Source: Clostridium sp. CAG:710 (lineage in GTDB: Bacteria > Bacillota_I > Bacilli_A > RF39 > UBA660). From it: a stretch of 64,000 bases of DNA. The translations under genes and the position numbers were made by a program. Every line of letters begins with the position of its first letter. The first letter of the stretch is position 1. The notes under the pieces are model-generated. The model made no database searches. It had not been told where the DNA came from and saw only the letters and a program-made list of their open reading frames with translations. This document shows, piece after piece, positions 59,099 through 64,000 of the stretch. The DNA lies in NCBI GenBank assembly GCA_000432595.1, contig HF996851.1, positions 24,252 to 88,251 on the forward strand. Reading direction: 5' to 3'.

Positions 59099-62000
59099 AT
59101 GGATAGTAAAGATAAAGGCTTAACCCTAAGTCAAAAGATTGTTACAGACGCAGTACTAAGAAAGAATGATTATAATAAAAGAGAATGGTTATCCAGAAGA
59201 TATGGAAAAGGTAGAAAACTTGATCAAGCATTTGAAAAAATCTTTTCATCAATTTCATATAATGGATTTAAAGTTGAATTACTACTAAAATTGAATGCAG
59301 GTGATGATAGGATTTCAGATGTAATTGAGAATGAAATAGATTCTACAGGAGACTTTCATTACATAAAAAATATGATACTTCCAGAAATCAGGCATGTAAA
59401 AGATGAAAAAAAGAGATTTGATTTGATAAAAAAAGTGGACAATAAAGTCATTACAATATTAGGTAAAAATACCAATTATGAAAATAAATATATTTTTGAT
59501 TTGAGGGATGTTACAGATTACATTAATGATTTGTCTAAGATGCTTGAAGATTTTAACGAACCAGAATTTATATTATCATTTTTAAGCTTAGACAGATATG
59601 ATCTAGGTTCAATTGTGAAAAAAATGTCAACATTGACTATTGATGAGAAATTGCTTTCATCATTTCCTAAGGTTGCACAAACTATAGATGAAAATAATGA
59701 TGCTAAAATAGAATCAATTTGCCAATATTTTTATCATTTGGATGATAAACAAAAGTTGATACTTATTAATTGCATGCCTGAGAATAAGCTTCCATACATA
59801 TTATTGGATAGTGATTTTTTATGCCAATTGCCTTCCCTAAAAGAAAAAATAAATAATGCATCAAACAAAGATGAAAATGATTTGAAATTATTGTATGAGA
59901 AAATATCAAGATTTGAATTGTCAAAAGATGCTCCAGAAGGAGTAAAAAAAATGTATTATGCTCATAATTATGGTAGATATTCTGACATACTCGAACAATT
60001 AAAAATCCCATCTAATATTGAATTCCTGATAGAAAAAAATATTGATTTAAATCTAATTTTTAGTGTCAAAGATAATGAACAAAATTATGTAAATGTAAAT
60101 GCCATTGCTAGTCAATTCGATGATAAAAAAGATGCAATAAAAACAATTGCTTTATATAAAGCAATAACTTATTATAAAGATTATGTTGATAGTAAAGATC
60201 CAAAGGAAAGCATATATCAGCATATATATAATAGTATTATTGCTGGATCAAAATATTTAGAGAATATGCCAGAAGATTTTAAGAAAGAACACCCTGATTT
60301 ATTTTTAAGTCAAGATACTCCAGAAGAATTGAGAGAGTTGCTTTGCAATAGAGGATTGACATCCGAAAAATTGTTAGAACATCCAGAGTGGATTGATGTT
60401 TTGGCTGAAGGAAGCATTAATTTAAATGCGATATTCCATTTTGGAAGAAATCATAAAATAAATAATGAAGAATCAATTAATGATTTTGAGACTCGTAAAG
60501 AAACAATCAAGTGTATTGCAATATATAAACAAATGAACTGTAGCTTAAGTAGTACAATCATAAATAAAGAATCCATTTATCAAGAAATGAGAAGCGCGAT
60601 TTTACATGGCCGCGCCTATCCAGAAGATATGCCAGAAGATTTTAAGAAAGCACACCCTGATTTATTTTTAAGTCAAGATGCTCCAGAAAAGTTAAAAAAC
60701 TATTTTTACGATTCTAATGGTGGATGTTTTATGTCATTCAAAAAAATACAAGAGCATAAAGATTGGTTACCATTTATTACGGGAAAAAGATTAACTGCTT
60801 CGTTGCTTAGGGATCCAACTCATAATAAAAAAATGATGAAATATTTTGAAGTTTTTGGAGAAGAAAAGGCTATCAAATTAGGAATTTCTAGAACCGAAAC
60901 TATTGAACAAATGGTATTTTCAAATCAAGCGGATTTGATGAAAGCATGGTATGACAAAACAGGTCAAAAATTTATACCGGATTTTGTAATAATGCAAAAT
61001 TTCAAAATAGAAGAGGCTGATAAATTTTTAACATCTGGTAAAATTTGGAGTAACTTAATGAAAATCAAAAGCTTTACTCAAACTCCAGAAGCAAGAGAGG
61101 CTATGTTAAAACTTGCCTATTCATTTGGTGCCTTTGATCAAGATCAAAGAGGAATTAAAAAATTACAAGATTTATTAGTGGGACTACCTAAGAAAATCGA
61201 TTTGGAGCAAGCACATATATTTGAGCAAATAGCTACACAAATTGATTACAATGGTCAAACGGATTTAATAGAGTCATTAAGGCAAGAAAATGTTGATATT
61301 GATTTTTCAAAAAATATATTTGAGCAAATATATAGAAAAAATGAAGACGGCTCTTATACTTTGACTATTAATGCTCAAAGTTGTCCTAAATCAGCACAGG
61401 CTATTAGAGGCGTTTTAGAAAAATTTAGAGAAGTACCAATGCTTACACCAGATAAAGCGCATCATTATCTAGGTGGTTTCAAATTAGAATATGATTCTGA
61501 TTTTAGGGAGTTTTTCTTATCGAATTTTGACATTATTATTGGCGATAGTAAGTATTTGTCACAAATTTCTGCAATACAACGTAGATTCAAAGAAATAAAA
61601 ACTAGATATTCAAATGTTAATTTAACATTGGATTTAGCCATGAGTTATATCAATAATAATAAATATGAAAATGTAAATACTGGAAACGAAAGAGTAACAC
61701 AAGTAGCAGGACTTCAAAATTATTCTCAGCAAGATTTTGAAATTCTTCAACAAATTTATAATTATGGCAAACAGAGAACGTTTAGCAGTATTCCTCGTAT
61801 TTCGTCAGATAAAAGTGTGAATCTTCCATCTGGAACTTATCATTATGAAATTTTGAGACTTGATGATCCTAGGGCAATGTCAATAGGTTTTGAAAGCGAT
61901 TGTTGTCAGAGATTAGGAGAACCTGCAGAAGTTTGCATGGAACATAGTATGGTTGATAAAAATGGAAGAGTATTTATTATAACAAATACTGCTGGAGAGA

Positions 62001-62935
62001 TAGTTGCCCAAAGTTGGGTATGGAGAAACAAAGATGTGTTGTGTTTTGATAATATAGAAGTTCCAGATCAAAAAATGTGGGATAATGGAATACAAAGAGG
62101 ACGAGAAGATTCAGGTATAAGAAATCAATTTACTGATGATATATTAGCAATTTATAAGATGGTTGCTCATGAATTGATAGAAGTAGATGAAAAAGTTTAT
62201 AAGGAATTACTCGATAGTAGTAAAATTACACAAGAACAATATGAGGGATTAAGATTAGGAAAAATTACAGCTGGTCTTGGATATAGTAATATAAAAGGAT
62301 CATTAAAAACTTTGCCAATTGATAAAACAATTTTATCAAGACCATTACCTTTTGAAGGACCAGTCAAATTATCTAGAGGACTTTATACTAGCGATTCTAC
62401 TACTCAATATATTTTAGAAGAACGAGAAGATAGAAAAGATTTTGAGGGTGAAACACTTCCAGTGCACAGTGATACCTATATTGAATATAGCGATTCTAAT
62501 TTTGCAAAGAAATCTTTACTTACTTTGGAAAAATTAGAAATAGTTACCAAAGAAGATCCAAGGCATTTGGAAACAGCTGTTAGTGATCATACTGATCCAG
62601 AACATCTTGTTACTGAAATAGCGAAAAACTATGAATTAAACCCGGAAACCACAAGAATAGTAATGAATCCCAATTTTGCTATTATATATGATGTCAATGA
62701 TAATAAATTGGAAATAGGAGATTTGCTTTTTAACACTAAAATTAATAATGGAGAACAGCAAATGAATATTGAAAATCAAGTTGTAATGCAAATAAGATTA
62801 GCATTAGAACAAATTGCTAATAATAAAGAAGTTGATATATCTAACCTAGATGAAAAACAAAAAGAAATGTATGCTAAGGTTACTGGTTTAACAGAAGAAA
62901 TAGATATAGAAAGAGGTGTTGGTCATGCAAGATAA
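59099..62935 (+). CDS. giant hypothetical protein (1278 aa) with internal repeats
   Basis: Uninterrupted ORF with a GGAGAGG RBS and no TM or signal sequence. PEDFKK(E/A)HPDLFLSQD(T/A)PE repeats. Cys-rich C-terminal block GFESDCCQRLGEPAEVCMEHSM...AQSWVWRN. Confidence 0.7.
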   Translation: MDSKDKGLTLSQKIVTDAVLRKNDYNKREWLSRRYGKGRKLDQAFEKIFSSISYNGFKVELLLKLNAGDDRISDVIENEIDSTGDFHYIKNMILPEIRHVKDEKKRFDLIKKVDNKVITILGKNTNYENKYIFDLRDVTDYINDLSKMLEDFNEPEFILSFLSLDRYDLGSIVKKMSTLTIDEKLLSSFPKVAQTIDENNDAKIESICQYFYHLDDKQKLILINCMPENKLPYILLDSDFLCQLPSLKEKINNASNKDENDLKLLYEKISRFELSKDAPEGVKKMYYAHNYGRYSDILEQLKIPSNIEFLIEKNIDLNLIFSVKDNEQNYVNVNAIASQFDDKKDAIKTIALYKAITYYKDYVDSKDPKESIYQHIYNSIIAGSKYLENMPEDFKKEHPDLFLSQDTPEELRELLCNRGLTSEKLLEHPEWIDVLAEGSINLNAIFHFGRNHKINNEESINDFETRKETIKCIAIYKQMNCSLSSTIINKESIYQEMRSAILHGRAYPEDMPEDFKKAHPDLFLSQDAPEKLKNYFYDSNGGCFMSFKKIQEHKDWLPFITGKRLTASLLRDPTHNKKMMKYFEVFGEEKAIKLGISRTETIEQMVFSNQADLMKAWYDKTGQKFIPDFVIMQNFKIEEADKFLTSGKIWSNLMKIKSFTQTPEAREAMLKLAYSFGAFDQDQRGIKKLQDLLVGLPKKIDLEQAHIFEQIATQIDYNGQTDLIESLRQENVDIDFSKNIFEQIYRKNEDGSYTLTINAQSCPKSAQAIRGVLEKFREVPMLTPDKAHHYLGGFKLEYDSDFREFFLSNFDIIIGDSKYLSQISAIQRRFKEIKTRYSNVNLTLDLAMSYINNNKYENVNTGNERVTQVAGLQNYSQQDFEILQQIYNYGKQRTFSSIPRISSDKSVNLPSGTYHYEILRLDDPRAMSIGFESDCCQRLGEPAEVCMEHSMVDKNGRVFIITNTAGEIVAQSWVWRNKDVLCFDNIEVPDQKMWDNGIQRGREDSGIRNQFTDDILAIYKMVAHELIEVDEKVYKELLDSSKITQEQYEGLRLGKITAGLGYSNIKGSLKTLPIDKTILSRPLPFEGPVKLSRGLYTSDSTTQYILEEREDRKDFEGETLPVHSDTYIEYSDSNFAKKSLLTLEKLEIVTKEDPRHLETAVSDHTDPEHLVTEIAKNYELNPETTRIVMNPNFAIIYDVNDNKLEIGDLLFNTKINNGEQQMNIENQVVMQIRLALEQIANNKEVDISNLDEKQKEMYAKVTGLTEEIDIERGVGHAR
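60264..60326 (+). repeat. intragenic repeat, copy 1
   Basis: 63 nt, 61/63 identical to 60627-60689. Offset 363 nt, which is in frame. Confidence 0.85.
60627..60689 (+). repeat. intragenic repeat, copy 2
   Basis: See copy 1. Confidence 0.85.
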
Positions 62936-63950
62936 TAATTTTGATAAAATAATATCAGATGCCCTACTAACAAATAAAAAAAATTTAAGTCAAAATATAA
63001 AACCAATAATAAATCAAATAAGTAAAGTAATTAAAGATAATAAGAAAATAATTAAGCAAGCAAACGAGATAGACAAAAAAAATAACAATGGTTTTTTGAT
63101 GGATTTTAATGTCATTGATAATATATTAGAAAATCTATCAAAAGAAGATATTTTATATGGTAAAGTAGTATTACAGCAAAAAGATGATGATAAAAAGATT
63201 ATTTACGGAAAAGAAATTCTGGACTATGGCAACATCGTGGTTATAAATGATGGAAATCCATATGTAACTATAGAAATGGCTTTGAGAAATATAATGGCTG
63301 GAAATACTACAATATTTTCAAATAAAGGATATATGTATGGTACTAATCGATTATTAATACAAATGATCCAGGCAGTATTAGAACAATTTAATATTTCAAA
63401 AAGCCTAATACAATTAGCAATCACTGAAGATTTTACGGAAATCTTATCCAATTATGCTAATATTGACCTAGTTGTATGTATTGGAGATCACGATTTACAA
63501 AATCAAATACTAAGCAAATCAAAAAACAAAACAATTATAAGCGGATATGAAAATTTTGATTTATATATTGATGATATAACTCATGCTGACTTTATAAACA
63601 AAATCATGAATTTAGGTTTGAACATTCAGATGTATGTAAATGATAATATAAAATCAAATTATCCTGATGCTATTAAAGTAAATGACATTGATGAAGCAAT
63701 CGCCCAAATCAATTATATTGGAAATAGATATGCAGCTTCTATATTTACAACATCAGAAGCTAATGCATCAGAATTTATAAAAAAGGTAAAATCTAAAATA
63801 GTTACCGTCAATACAAGTCCAACCATAGAAAGAATGATAGATATAAATCAAGCAGATTTGGTTAATGAAAAGACAATAATTTATCCGATGAGTTATAAAT
63901 TTGATAAAACAACTCAAAAGATATATATAAAAGAAAAAGAAACAGAATAA
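62925..63950 (+). CDS. truncated ProA-like (gamma-glutamyl phosphate reductase-like) protein
   Basis: IIKQANEIDKKNNNG, NIVVINDGNPYVTIEMALRNIMAGNTTIFSNKG, IDLVVCIGDHDL and DEAIAQINYIGNRYAASIFTTSE...VNTSPT are collinear with ProA. About 60 residues around the expected catalytic Cys are absent. ATG 62925 follows AAGAGGTG and overlaps the upstream stop by 11 nt. Confidence 0.55.
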   Translation: MQDNNFDKIISDALLTNKKNLSQNIKPIINQISKVIKDNKKIIKQANEIDKKNNNGFLMDFNVIDNILENLSKEDILYGKVVLQQKDDDKKIIYGKEILDYGNIVVINDGNPYVTIEMALRNIMAGNTTIFSNKGYMYGTNRLLIQMIQAVLEQFNISKSLIQLAITEDFTEILSNYANIDLVVCIGDHDLQNQILSKSKNKTIISGYENFDLYIDDITHADFINKIMNLGLNIQMYVNDNIKSNYPDAIKVNDIDEAIAQINYIGNRYAASIFTTSEANASEFIKKVKSKIVTVNTSPTIERMIDINQADLVNEKTIIYPMSYKFDKTTQKIYIKEKETE

Positions 63951-64000
63951 GCAATACTATCATATAAAATATATATTATAGTTAGAGAAAGGAGATAAGA

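Overview
This is a 64-kb window from a very AT-rich Firmicute chromosome that uses the standard genetic code. TGA acts as a stop, and eno, mutS, dnaG and rpoD all read full length. The taxon guess, an Erysipelotrichaceae-like gut organism, is unverified. About two thirds of the window is core housekeeping DNA in Bacillus-like order: rimM-trmD, eno, lspA-rluD, ireB-ruvX-DUF1292-mltG-trmR-yrrN-yrrO, greA, tgt, rnc, RNase J, rpsU-yqeY, one tRNA-Thr, mutS, cvpA-trxA, uvsE and dnaG-rpoD-trmK. No transposase, integrase, CRISPR array or rRNA is visible. The accessory parts are the interesting ones. (1) Four related intergenic promoter-like modules share a core of -35-like TTGA, a G-rich hypervariable tract and a -10-like box. 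One copy carries a G10 homopolymer in front of a surface-protein gene, one sits in front of a 1278-aa orphan ORF, and two flank an LD-carboxypeptidase gene as 95% identical direct repeats. (2) Three single-gene cassettes are each bracketed by direct repeats: the S66 peptidase, a HipA-like kinase (37 bp) and the surface protein (20 bp). (3) Two paralogous surface proteins share a TasA/camelysin-like N-terminal module fused to different C-terminal modules. One of them is broken by a 97-bp tandem duplication. (4) Three translationally coupled paralogues form an array, each built from two XRE-like HTH modules. (5) A GspF/PilC plus prepilin-peptidase operon has no ATPase or pilin genes and is followed by three membrane-anchored proteins, one of them an apparently dead S1 protease. 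(6) A tRNA-adjacent accessory island (about 33.9-42.6 kb) holds a decayed KilA-type gene, an ABC exporter, two XRE-TM regulators and two small operons (unknown+MazG-like, unknown+kinase-like). (7) The giant ORF is translationally coupled to a truncated ProA-like protein. All functional calls rest on motif recognition by eye; no searches were run.
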